Source: an uncultured Eubacteriales bacterium (GTDB taxonomy: Bacteria; Bacillota; Clostridia; Oscillospirales; Oscillospiraceae). From it: a stretch of DNA of 53,451 bases. Numbering within the stretch: position 1 is the stretch's first letter; each line of letters opens with the position of its first letter. Below are positions 37,280 through 45,778 of this stretch, in pieces. Location of the stretch: positions 1 to 53,451 of the forward strand of contig CASFJB010000003.1 of assembly GCA_949294945.1 (NCBI GenBank), written 5' to 3'. Under the pieces are notes generated by a model, which worked only from the letters and a program-made list of their open reading frames with translations, searched no databases and was not told where the DNA came from. The translations under genes were made by a program, and so were the position numbers.

Positions 37280-37795
37280 CTATCTAAAAACGATGCAGAC
37301 CGTGAGCACGGCGGCAGCCGCAGCGGACAGGAGCACCATGATATTCTGCTTTCTCAGATATGCCGCGGCAGCACCGGGACCGGAACAAGCTGCCCTGCGC
37401 AGCAGAGCCGAGCCTTGCATGCCCCAGACAGCCATTGCAAATTGCAGCGGGACGCCCAGCAGCAATGCCGGCAGCAAACAGAGGCAGGCCCTTTCCCCCG
37501 CTCTCAGCTCCACAGCCAGGAGGCAGAAAGCGCAGGAGCACACGGCACCCATCAGCGCTGTCACTGCCGGCAGACATATCTCGCCGCAGCAGGAACCGCT
37601 GTAGGCCGCCGTGAGCAGCAGAAGCAAAGCCAGACTGGCCGCCAGCCATCTCCCCTCAGGCAGAGCCTCAAAGGACCGGGCATCCAGATAGAGCAGAGAC
37701 AGCAGAGATGAACAGATAAAGCTGAAAAAAAGGAACATGGAAGCGCTTCCGGAGCGCTCCCTGTCCGGCCTGTTTCGTACTGCCAGAGCTCTCAT
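37280..37795 (-). CDS. hypothetical Ala/Leu/Cys-rich integral membrane protein
   Basis: 171-aa ORF with ~5 hydrophobic segments and no recognisable motif. The start is uncertain; MFLFFSF is an internal candidate. Confidence 0.4.
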   Translation of the reverse strand: MRALAVRNRPDRERSGSASMFLFFSFICSSLLSLLYLDARSFEALPEGRWLAASLALLLLLTAAYSGSCCGEICLPAVTALMGAVCSCAFCLLAVELRAGERACLCLLPALLLGVPLQFAMAVWGMQGSALLRRAACSGPGAAAAYLRKQNIMVLLSAAAAAVLTVCIVFR

Positions 37796-38006
37796 AGGCA
37801 GACACCGGAAAATAATTTTTCGATTGACATAATCGACTGTGGTAACAATATATTACAAACTCGCAAAATAATCAAGTCCTTTTTTCAAAAATAACGAAAA
37901 AATTTTTCGTTTATGTCAACTCTTGTTTCTGAAATGCGTTTTAATTTCACTATAATTATATCAAATTGAGCTACTTTTGTCCATATTATTGTATTTATTA
38001 TGTCAA

Positions 38007-38423
38007 TTATTTTCTGTAACGTTTTTTATGGCTCTTGCCTTTTTTCCCTCCGGACAGCACTGCGCCTGTCAGGCAACCGGCAAAGCTGAAGCTGACCACG
38101 CTCAAAACCCCCGAAGACTGTAGGTCGGCCCCCTCCACCATAAAGCCTATGGTCAGCAGGGCCGTGACCAGCACGGCGGCGGTGATGAGGGCGGGATAAA
38201 TACAGCCTCCCGACTTGGCCCGGCCCAAAGCCGCGCCGGCAAACACCGCCGAGAAAAAGCTCAGAGCGGAGCTCACATAGCCTATGGCCCCCTCTCCCAG
38301 ACTGAGTCTGGACAGGATCAGGCTGGCTATACACAGCAGCACAAAGGCGGATATGGCCCAGGCTGCCAGCGCCGACAGTATGGTCCTTGGTTCCCAGGCC
38401 TCAACTTTTACATTGGACAGCAA
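38007..38423 (-). CDS. small membrane protein, TIGR04086-like (commonly follows yajC in Clostridia)
   Basis: 138 aa with 4 TM segments and a basic C-terminal tail, KKGKSHKKRYRK. It lies directly after yajC. Confidence 0.55.
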   Translation of the reverse strand: MLSNVKVEAWEPRTILSALAAWAISAFVLLCIASLILSRLSLGEGAIGYVSSALSFFSAVFAGAALGRAKSGGCIYPALITAAVLVTALLTIGFMVEGADLQSSGVLSVVSFSFAGCLTGAVLSGGKKGKSHKKRYRK

Positions 38424-38480
38424 AAAAACACCCCCGCGAAATAAGATTTGTACATCCTATTTCCCAGGGGGTGTTTTTTA
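38422..38480 (-). terminator. long hairpin terminator after yajC
   Basis: AAAAAACACCCCC ... GGGGGTGTTTTTT outer stem with an inner GAAATA/TATTTC pairing. The minus strand has a T-run after the hairpin. Confidence 0.55.
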
Positions 38481-38496
38481 TACCCGGCGGAGCCGC

Positions 38497-38832
38497 TTAT
38501 TTTTTCTTCTTGGTACGGGCCTCGGCCTCAGCGGCCTCCATCTTGGCGGTGGTGGAAATGCCCCACTTCTTGATCTGGATGCGGACTCTGTCCTCACCGG
38601 TCTCAAAAGTGACGGTATCCTCGGTTATCTGGACCAGCTTACCGGTCATGCCGCCGATGGTGGTGATCTCATCGCCCAGGCTCAGGGAGCTGCGCATCTC
38701 CTCAGTCTTCTTTTTCTTCTTGTTCTCGGGGCGGATGATGAAGAAGTAGAAAACGGCGAACATCAGCACCAGCATGAAGATCATGGAACCGCTGCCGGCT
38801 GCTGCGCTTGTGGTTGTAAGGATCAGGTTCAT
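38497..38832 (-). CDS. yajC: preprotein translocase subunit YajC
   Basis: 111 aa with a single TM segment, then FFIIRPENKKKKK, GDEITTIGGMTGKLV. Confidence 0.92.
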   Translation of the reverse strand: MNLILTTTSAAAGSGSMIFMLVLMFAVFYFFIIRPENKKKKKTEEMRSSLSLGDEITTIGGMTGKLVQITEDTVTFETGEDRVRIQIKKWGISTTAKMEAAEAEARTKKKK

Positions 38833-38903
38833 TATGGGTTTACCTCCGATAACTATATGTCGATTTTGTATTATAAATGTTTATCCTTTAAATTTCAAGA
38901 TAA

Positions 38904-40034
38904 TTAAATGCGTTTATCAAGAATTTCTGAATATTCTCTGCGGAAAGAGTCAAAAGAGCCCCTGTCCAGGCTTTCCCGGATACCTTCCGTCAGCTTGTTG
39001 TAGAAATAGAGATTGTGCATCACTGCAAAGCGCATGGCCAGCATCTCCTCCGCTTTGAACAGATGGCGCAGGTAAGCCCTGGAATAGCTGCGGCAAACCG
39101 GGCAGTCACAGTCCGGATCTATGGGCTGAAGGTCCCTGGCGTACTTCTCATTCTTGATGTTGATTATGCCCTTCCAGGTGAACAGGTGTCCGTGGCGTCC
39201 GTTGCGGGCGGGCATGACGCAGTCGAAGAAATCCACGCCCCGGGCCACGGATTCGATGATGTTACCCGGAGTGCCCACGCCCATCAGGTAGCGGGGCTTG
39301 TCCTTGGGCATGTACTCCTCCACAGCCTCTATGGTGTCGTACATCTCCTGGTGGCTCTCCCCCACGGCCAGGCCGCCGATGGCGTAACCGGGCAGGTCCA
39401 GCTCCGCTATCTTCTTCATGTGCTCTATGCGGATGTCGTGGAACACCGCCCCCTGGTTTATGCCGAAGAGCATCTGCCCGGGATTCACCGCGTCCTCCCG
39501 GCTGTTGCATTCGGCCAAAGCCGTCTTGCAGCGCCGGAGCCAGCGGTAGGTCCGCTCACAGGACTTCTCCACATAGTCCCTGGGGGAGGGTATCTTGATG
39601 CACTCGTCAAAGGCCATGGCGATGTCCGAGCCCAGGTTGGACTGGATCTGCATGCTCTCCTCCGGGCCCATGAAGATGTGACGCCCGTCCACATGGGAAT
39701 TGAAGCTGACGCCCTCCTCCTTGATTTTCCTCAGCTGGGCCAGGGAGAAGATCTGAAAGCCGCCGCTGTCGGTGAGGATGGGGCCGTTCCAGTTCATGAA
39801 CTTGTGCAGGCCTCCCAGTTCCTTTATAAGGCCGTCTCCCGGGCGCACATGGAGGTGGTAGGTGTTGGACAGCTCCACCTGGCAGCCGATGTTTTTTAGA
39901 TCCCGGGCGGACAGAGCGCCCTTTATGGCCCCCTGAGTGCCCACATTCATAAACACCGGGGTCTGGACGGTGCCGTGGGGAGTCTCAAATTCGCCCCGTC
40001 TTGCCCGGCCTTCCTGTTTTAAAAGTCTGTACAC
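38904..40034 (-). CDS. tgt: queuine tRNA-ribosyltransferase (tRNA-guanine transglycosylase)
   Basis: TDSGGFQ and zinc site CDCPVCRSYSRAYLRHL. A GTG start at 40034 (VYRLLKQEG) lies 6 nt after AGGAGG. The longer track ORF overlaps queA. Confidence 0.93.
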   Translation of the reverse strand: MYRLLKQEGRARRGEFETPHGTVQTPVFMNVGTQGAIKGALSARDLKNIGCQVELSNTYHLHVRPGDGLIKELGGLHKFMNWNGPILTDSGGFQIFSLAQLRKIKEEGVSFNSHVDGRHIFMGPEESMQIQSNLGSDIAMAFDECIKIPSPRDYVEKSCERTYRWLRRCKTALAECNSREDAVNPGQMLFGINQGAVFHDIRIEHMKKIAELDLPGYAIGGLAVGESHQEMYDTIEAVEEYMPKDKPRYLMGVGTPGNIIESVARGVDFFDCVMPARNGRHGHLFTWKGIINIKNEKYARDLQPIDPDCDCPVCRSYSRAYLRHLFKAEEMLAMRFAVMHNLYFYNKLTEGIRESLDRGSFDSFRREYSEILDKRI

Positions 40035-40044
40035 TGCGTACCTC

Positions 40045-41085
40045 CTACTCAATAAACATGGCGTCCCCAAAGGAGAAGAAGCGATAGCGCTGCCGCACCG
40101 CCTCGTTATAGGCATTGAGGATATGCTCTCTCCCCGCCAGGGCAGACACCAGCATGATGAGGGTGCTCTCCGGCAGGTGGAAGTTTGTCACCAGAGCGTC
40201 GATGCACTTGAACTTATAGCCGGGGTAGATAAAGATATTGGTCCAGCCGGAAGTCACCGGCAGGCTGCCGTCCTCCCGGGCAAAGCTCTCCAGGGTGCGG
40301 CAGGAAGTGGTGCCCACGGCAATGACCCGGCCGCCGCTGCGCTTGGTCTCGGTGACTATGCGGGCAGTCTCCTCCGGCACCATGCAAAATTCCGAGTGCA
40401 TCTCGTGGTCCTCTATCTCCTCCGCCTTCACAGGGCGGAAGGTGCCCAGGCCCACGTGGAGAGTGACGAAGCACAGCTTGACGCCCTTGGCGGCTATCTT
40501 CTCCATCAGTTCCTTTGTGAAATGCAGTCCCGCCGTAGGGGCGGCGGCGCTGCCTATTTCCCGGGAATACACGGTCTGGTACCGCTCCCCGTCCTGGAGC
40601 TCCTCCTTTATATAGGGAGGCAGTGGCATTTTGCCCAGGCGCTCCAGCACCTCCAGGAAGATGCCCTCATAGTCGAAACGGACTATGCGGTTACCTCCCT
40701 CCGCCACGGCTTCCACGGTGGCTTTCAGCTCCCCGTTTCCAAAATGTATCTCCGTGCCGGGCTTGGTCTTTCTGCCGGGGCGGCTGAGACACTCCCAGCG
40801 GCCTTCACCCAGGTCCCGCAGCAGCACCAGCTCCACGCTGCCGCCGCTGGGCCGGGCTCCTATGAGCCGGGCAGGCAGCACCCGGGAGTCGTTAAAGACC
40901 ATGCAGTCCCCTTCATGGAGATAGTCCAGCAGGTCGTAAAAATGCCGGTGTTCCATCTCCCCGGTGACTTTATCCAGATGGAGAAGCCGGGAGCTGTCCC
41001 GCTTCTCCAGAGGGGTCTGAGCGATGAGTTCCTCCGGGAGCTCAAAATAAAAATCCGATTTCTTCAAAAGTTTCACCTGTTTCAA
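40045..41085 (-). CDS. queA: S-adenosylmethionine:tRNA ribosyltransferase-isomerase
   Basis: 346 aa with N-terminal [26 protein letters not shown] and an internal [13 protein letters not shown]-type motif ([12 protein letters not shown]). Confidence 0.95.
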   Translation of the reverse strand: MKQVKLLKKSDFYFELPEELIAQTPLEKRDSSRLLHLDKVTGEMEHRHFYDLLDYLHEGDCMVFNDSRVLPARLIGARPSGGSVELVLLRDLGEGRWECLSRPGRKTKPGTEIHFGNGELKATVEAVAEGGNRIVRFDYEGIFLEVLERLGKMPLPPYIKEELQDGERYQTVYSREIGSAAAPTAGLHFTKELMEKIAAKGVKLCFVTLHVGLGTFRPVKAEEIEDHEMHSEFCMVPEETARIVTETKRSGGRVIAVGTTSCRTLESFAREDGSLPVTSGWTNIFIYPGYKFKCIDALVTNFHLPESTLIMLVSALAGREHILNAYNEAVRQRYRFFSFGDAMFIE

Positions 41086-41301
41086 TATATCTGGCGTATC
41101 CGCACAACGGCTTGATTATACCAGAGCCTTAAAAGTTTTTCAATGAATTCAGTAATAATATTCTCGCCCTGTCCGTATGATTTGAGATGTAAACAGCCGG
41201 GCAAGCGGCAAACGCAGTACAGGCCGCATATCTCCGCCCGCCGCTTCCGGAGATATGCAGGGGGCTGTGCTGACTACATAAGCGGCAGAATGGAGTATTA
41301 T

Positions 41302-42192
41302 ATGGTCAAGACACCTATCTTCAAAGGCTCATGCACCGCCATCGTCACCCCCTTCAACGAACACGGTGTGGATTTCGACAGGCTTAAAAAAAATATTGAC
41401 TACCAATATGAAAACGGCACGGCGGCCATAGTGGTCTGCGGCACCACCGGGGAGGCCGCCACCCAGTCCCTGTGCGAGCAGTATGAGACCATACGCCAGG
41501 CCATAAAGTTCAACCAGGGGCGCATGAAGCTCATAGTGGGCGTGGGCAGCAACAACACGGAGACGGCCCTGAAAAACGCCGAGAACGCCAAAAGCGCCGG
41601 TGCCGACGGCATCCTGATGGTCACCCCTTATTACAACAAGAGCACGCAAAAGGGCCTGGTGGAGCATTTCACTTATGTGGCAGACCGGGTGGACATTCCC
41701 ATGATCCTGTACAATGTGCCCAGCCGCACCGGCATAGGTATCACCGCCGACACCTACCGCATACTCTCCCAGCATCCCAATATTAACGGCGTCAAGGAGG
41801 CCTCCGGGGACATCGCCCTGGTGGGCACCACCCGCAGTCTCTGCGGCGACGACCTGTATATATGGAGCGGCAACGACGACAACACCGTGGCCATGATGGC
41901 TCTGGGGGCCCTGGGGGTCATATCCGTGGCCTCCAATATCATCCCCGGCGTCATATCCAAGCTCTGCGCCCTGTGTCTGGAGGGGGACTTCGTCCAGGCC
42001 ACGGCCCTTTACACCCGCTATGCCCAGCTCTTCTCCGCCCTGTTTATAGAGACCAACCCCATCCCGGTAAAGGCGGCCATGCGGGAGCTGAACATGGACT
42101 CCGGCCTTCTGCGCCTGCCCCTTACGGAGATAGGCAGGGAGAGCCTGGCAAAGCTCATATCAACCATGCGGGAAGTGGGACTGAACGTATAA
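41302..42192 (+). CDS. dapA: 4-hydroxy-tetrahydrodipicolinate synthase
   Basis: MVKTPIFKGSCTAIVTPF start with GGAG upstream, plus GTTGE, YNVPSRTG and catalytic Lys in GVKEASG. Confidence 0.93.
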   Translation: MVKTPIFKGSCTAIVTPFNEHGVDFDRLKKNIDYQYENGTAAIVVCGTTGEAATQSLCEQYETIRQAIKFNQGRMKLIVGVGSNNTETALKNAENAKSAGADGILMVTPYYNKSTQKGLVEHFTYVADRVDIPMILYNVPSRTGIGITADTYRILSQHPNINGVKEASGDIALVGTTRSLCGDDLYIWSGNDDNTVAMMALGALGVISVASNIIPGVISKLCALCLEGDFVQATALYTRYAQLFSALFIETNPIPVKAAMRELNMDSGLLRLPLTEIGRESLAKLISTMREVGLNV

Positions 42193-42241
42193 ACAATTTG
42201 GAGCGTATCCGCAAAGATACGCTCCAAATTGTTATTTATTT
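42193..42241. terminator. strong bidirectional terminator after dapA
   Basis: 17-bp perfect stem ACAATTTGGAGCGTATC / GATACGCTCCAAATTGT with loop CGCAAA, followed by TATTTATTTT. Confidence 0.85.
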
Positions 42242-42661
42242 TCCGTTCCGGGAAAGAAGTGCATTGGCATAGGAGTTAAGGGCCTGGCAGGGCTCATACT
42301 TGGCCTTATAGCCAACGCCGTCGATTATGACAAAGGGCGTATAGTCCGTTATTTCCGCTGCCGTTCCGTCTCTCATGCTGAGGGTAAAAACGGCTGCCTG
42401 GCCTGCATAGTCTTTATAACTGTCGTCCTGGCGGTAAATTACCACCGAGCTCAGAAGCTCTGCCAGCTTCTCCGTATCCGACACATCCAGCTCCACATCC
42501 GGCGGCATAAGCTCCACCTTTGCGGAAAGTATGTCCGCCCCCTCAATATCCTTGAAAGGTCTTTTTCCAAAGACCCCCGGGGCCAGGCAGATAAGCAGGA
42601 TAGCCAGGATAGCCAGGGCCAGGCAGAGCCCGGCGGCTGCAAAAAATAATTTATGTTTCAT
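42236..42661 (-). CDS. hypothetical membrane-anchored/secreted protein
   Basis: 141 aa with the N-terminal signal/anchor MKHKLFFAAAGLCLALAILAILLICLA. A GGAGGAGACC RBS is present. Confidence 0.6.
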   Translation of the reverse strand: MKHKLFFAAAGLCLALAILAILLICLAPGVFGKRPFKDIEGADILSAKVELMPPDVELDVSDTEKLAELLSSVVIYRQDDSYKDYAGQAAVFTLSMRDGTAAEITDYTPFVIIDGVGYKAKYEPCQALNSYANALLSRNGK

Positions 42662-42677
42662 GGTCTCCTCCGCACTT

Positions 42678-42866
42678 TCACTCCCGGTCCTTGAAGGGGG
42701 CGATAAAAAGCAGCAGCATCAGCAGCCCATAGGCAAGGTACAGGGTATATGTCACTGCATTGCTCCAGGGGAAGGAGGCTTCCGGATGGCCCAGAGCATA
42801 GGCCAAGAAAGCTGCTGCGGCCAGCAGCATCAGCCAGGCTATGATTCTTGAAGTTTTCTTTCGCAT
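42678..42866 (-). CDS. hypothetical small two-TM membrane protein
   Basis: 62 aa with two hydrophobic helices, tightly coupled to the downstream gene. Confidence 0.5.
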   Translation of the reverse strand: MRKKTSRIIAWLMLLAAAAFLAYALGHPEASFPWSNAVTYTLYLAYGLLMLLLFIAPFKDRE

Positions 42867-42950
42867 GTTCTCCCCCGCTTTCCCTCTTCCTATACAACAA
42901 GTTTACTTTAAAGGGAGGGAAAAATCAAGGGGGCCGTAATACCGCCTTAC

Positions 42951-44876
42951 TCAGAGCTTATACACCAGCAGGCAGCGCATGGCATTGAGCACTGCCAGCA
43001 CCATGACCCCCACGTCGGCAAAGATGGCCAGCCACATGTTGGCTATGCCCAGGGCCCCCAGGATGAGGCAGATGAGCTTTATGCCTATGGCAAAGACGAT
43101 GTTTTCATACACTATGCCCAGGCACTTTCTGGAAATCTTTATGGCCTTGGCAATTTTCAGAGGGTCGTCGTCCATGAGCACCACGTCTGCCGCCTCTATG
43201 GCGGCGTCGGAGCCCAGGGCGCCCATGGCTATGCCTATATCCGCCCGGGCCAGCACCGGGGCGTCGTTGATGCCGTCCCCAACGAAGGCCAGCTTGCCGC
43301 CGCCCTTTTCCTCCGCCAGCAGCCGCTCCAGCTTCTCTACCTTGTCTCCCGGCAGCAGTCGGCTGTAAAAGCTGTCTATGCCCAGCTTTGAGGCCACGTG
43401 CTCTGCCACGGCCTCCGAGTCCCCGGTGAGCATGACGGTCTTTCTGACCCCCAGCTCTTTCAGGGCGGCCACCGCCGCCTTTGCATGGGCCTTTATCATG
43501 TCGGAGATAAGGATGTGTCCGGCGTACTTTCCCTCTACGGCCATGTGTATAATGGTACCTACGCTGTGGCAGTCCCTATACTCCACGCCCAGCGTTTTCA
43601 TCAGCTTGTCGTTGCCGGCGGCCACCTGCCTTCCGTCCACTGTGGCAAGCACTCCTGCACCGCTTATCTCCCGGATGTCCTCCACCCGGCTCCTGTCCGG
43701 CTCCCTGCCGTGGGCCTTCAGCAGGCTGCGGCTTATGGGGTGGGAGGAGGCGCTCTCCGCCAGGGCCGCATACTCCAGCAGCTTTTCCTCTTCCATGGTG
43801 CTGTGGTGTATGCCCTCCACCTCAAAGACCCCCTGGGTGAGGGTGCCGGTCTTGTCAAAGACCACGCAGTCGGTTTTGGAGAGGGCCTCCAGGAAGTTGG
43901 AGCCCTTTACCAGTATGCCCGCCCGGCTGGCTCCGCCTATGCCTGCAAAGAAGCTGAGGGGTATGCTTATCACCAGGGCACAGGGACAGCTTATCACCAG
44001 GAAGGTCAGGGCCCGGTAGAGCCACACTCCCCACATGGGGGCAAGGCCCATGAACAGCAGCCGCACCAGAGGCGGCAGCAGGGCCAGAGCCAGAGCGCTG
44101 TAGCACACGGCGGGGGTATAGACCCGGGCAAACTTGGATATAAAATCCTCCTGCCGGGACTTCCGCTCCCCGGCGTTCTCCACCAGCTCAAGGATCTTGG
44201 ACACGGTGGACTCGCCGAAGGCTTTGGAAGTGCGCACCTTCAGCACGCCGCTGAGGTTTATGCAGCCGCTGATGATCTCGTCTCCGGCTGCCACCTCCCG
44301 GGGCAGGCTCTCCCCGGTGAGGGCGGCAGTGTCCAGGGCCGAACTGCCCTCAGCCACCACTCCGTCAATGGGCACCTTCTCCCCGGGCTGCACCACTATG
44401 ACGCTGCCCGGCTCCACCTCCTCCGGGTCCACCCGGATGAGATGTCCCTCCTGCTCTATGTTAGCGTAGTCCGGGCGGATATCCATGAGCTGGCTTATGT
44501 TCCGGCGGCTCTTGCCTACGGCATAGTTCTCAAACCACTCCCCCAACTGATAGAAGAGCATAACGGCTATGGCCTCGGCATAGTCCCCGTTTTCGTATAT
44601 GGCCAGGGCCAGAGCCCCCAGGGTGGCCACCGCCATGAGGAAGTTCTCGTCAAAGACCTGGCGGTTCATGATGCCTTTGAAGGCCTTTTTCAGGGTCCCC
44701 CAGCCGATTATATAGTAGTTCACCAGATACAGGGCCAGGCGCAGCCAGCGGCCCGCCCCGGGGAAAAGCAGGGAATCTATAGTGGAAAACTGCTGTGCCG
44801 ATATCAGTTGAAGGCAAACAAGCAGCGCCGCCGAGATAAGTATGCGCCGGAGCATATCCTTCTGTTTTTTGTTCAT
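42951..44876 (-). CDS. cadA: heavy-metal translocating P1B-type ATPase (CadA/ZntA-like, CPC motif) lacking a fused N-terminal HMA domain
   Basis: 641 aa with SCPCALVISIP, DKTGTLT, GDGINDAP and the TGES-type motif TGESLP. Confidence 0.9.
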   Translation of the reverse strand: MNKKQKDMLRRILISAALLVCLQLISAQQFSTIDSLLFPGAGRWLRLALYLVNYYIIGWGTLKKAFKGIMNRQVFDENFLMAVATLGALALAIYENGDYAEAIAVMLFYQLGEWFENYAVGKSRRNISQLMDIRPDYANIEQEGHLIRVDPEEVEPGSVIVVQPGEKVPIDGVVAEGSSALDTAALTGESLPREVAAGDEIISGCINLSGVLKVRTSKAFGESTVSKILELVENAGERKSRQEDFISKFARVYTPAVCYSALALALLPPLVRLLFMGLAPMWGVWLYRALTFLVISCPCALVISIPLSFFAGIGGASRAGILVKGSNFLEALSKTDCVVFDKTGTLTQGVFEVEGIHHSTMEEEKLLEYAALAESASSHPISRSLLKAHGREPDRSRVEDIREISGAGVLATVDGRQVAAGNDKLMKTLGVEYRDCHSVGTIIHMAVEGKYAGHILISDMIKAHAKAAVAALKELGVRKTVMLTGDSEAVAEHVASKLGIDSFYSRLLPGDKVEKLERLLAEEKGGGKLAFVGDGINDAPVLARADIGIAMGALGSDAAIEAADVVLMDDDPLKIAKAIKISRKCLGIVYENIVFAIGIKLICLILGALGIANMWLAIFADVGVMVLAVLNAMRCLLVYKL

Positions 44877-44971
44877 CTTCCTGTCGTCCTCCTATGCTTT
44901 TACATATGTTCATCTATTCATATATTGTTCCGTTTAATGCACCCGGGGCCTTATCCCGGGTGCCGTATGTA

Positions 44972-45190
44972 TCAAAGGAATATTTCGCAGTCGCTCTCAA
45001 CCTTTTTGCAGTTTTTCAGCACCTGCTCCATGACGGCGGACTCCTCCTGCCCCTCCTGGAATTCCACGGTCATTTTAAGGGCCATGTAGTTCACCCGGGC
45101 GCTTTTCACTCCCGGAGTGCCGGCAGCGGCCCGCTCCATCTTATCGGCGCAGTTTGCGCAGTCCACGTCTATCTTATAAGTCTTTTTCAT
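44972..45190 (-). CDS. stand-alone heavy-metal-associated (HMA) domain protein
   Basis: 72 aa with YKIDVDCANCADKMERA (CxxC metal site) and a ferredoxin-like length. Confidence 0.8.
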   Translation of the reverse strand: MKKTYKIDVDCANCADKMERAAAGTPGVKSARVNYMALKMTVEFQEGQEESAVMEQVLKNCKKVESDCEIFL

Positions 45191-45392
45191 ATCCGGCCTC
45201 CTGAAGCTCTATAAACGATTAAACGTTTGCTTAATCTTTCAAGCATTATGATACACCAGAGCTGCCGCTGAGTCAAGTGCTTTTTGGAGTTTTTATAAAT
45301 TTATTTTCTCCCTGTCCTTCCGGGAAAATAGATTTGCCTTTCCCCGGCATTTGGGTTAAAATATTATAAAAAGATCTACAGGAGCGCTGCCC

Positions 45393-45712
45393 ATGGAAAA
45401 ATCGATGCTGCCCCACGACCACGGCCAATCTGCCGGGGAAGTTCTGGGCCTCTGTCCCCCCGCCGCCGATTTTCAGAAGCTCTCCCAGCTGCTGCGCCAG
45501 CTGGACGACGGGACCCGCCTGAAGCTGTTCTGGATACTGTGCCACTGCGAGGAGTGCGTTATAAATCTCTGCGCCAGCTGCGCTCTGCCGGGCTGATAGT
45601 CAGCCGCCGGGAGGGCAAGGAGGTCTACTACAAGGCCGCCGATACGGCCCAGGCAAAGCTCTTCCACCGGCTCATTGAGGAGCTGCTGGAGATAAGCTGT
45701 CCAAAGGATTAG
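45393..45712 (+). pseudogene. ArsR/SmtB(CadC)-family metalloregulator, internally deleted and frameshifted
   Basis: Frame 1 gives ...DGTRLKLFWILCHCEECVINL, then runs out of frame to a stop at 45596. A second frame continues RQLRSAGLIVSRREGKEVYYKAADT...SCPKD to 45712. About 14 aa are missing, including the recognition-helix SHHL segment. Confidence 0.6.
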
Positions 45713-45733
45713 GAAGATATATAAAATTCAAAC

Positions 45734-45764
45734 AAAAAAACTGCCGGACGACCGGCAGTTTTTT
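45734..45764. terminator. bidirectional intrinsic terminator
   Basis: AAAAAAA-CTGCCGG-ACGA-CCGGCAG-TTTTTT between convergent genes. Confidence 0.8.
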
Positions 45765-45778
45765 GCTTTATATTATGT

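Noticed and set aside
41143-41301. Extended dapA start (MNSVIIFSPCPYDL...) and a possible lysine riboswitch.
   Set aside because: DapA homology begins at MVKTPIF (41302), which has its own GGAG. The extension has no similarity to DapA. The conserved L-box core sequences were not seen.
45273-45545. 90-aa minus-strand ORF overlapping the arsR-like gene.
   Set aside because: It lies antisense to clear ArsR-family sequence and has no RBS or motif, so it is most likely spurious.
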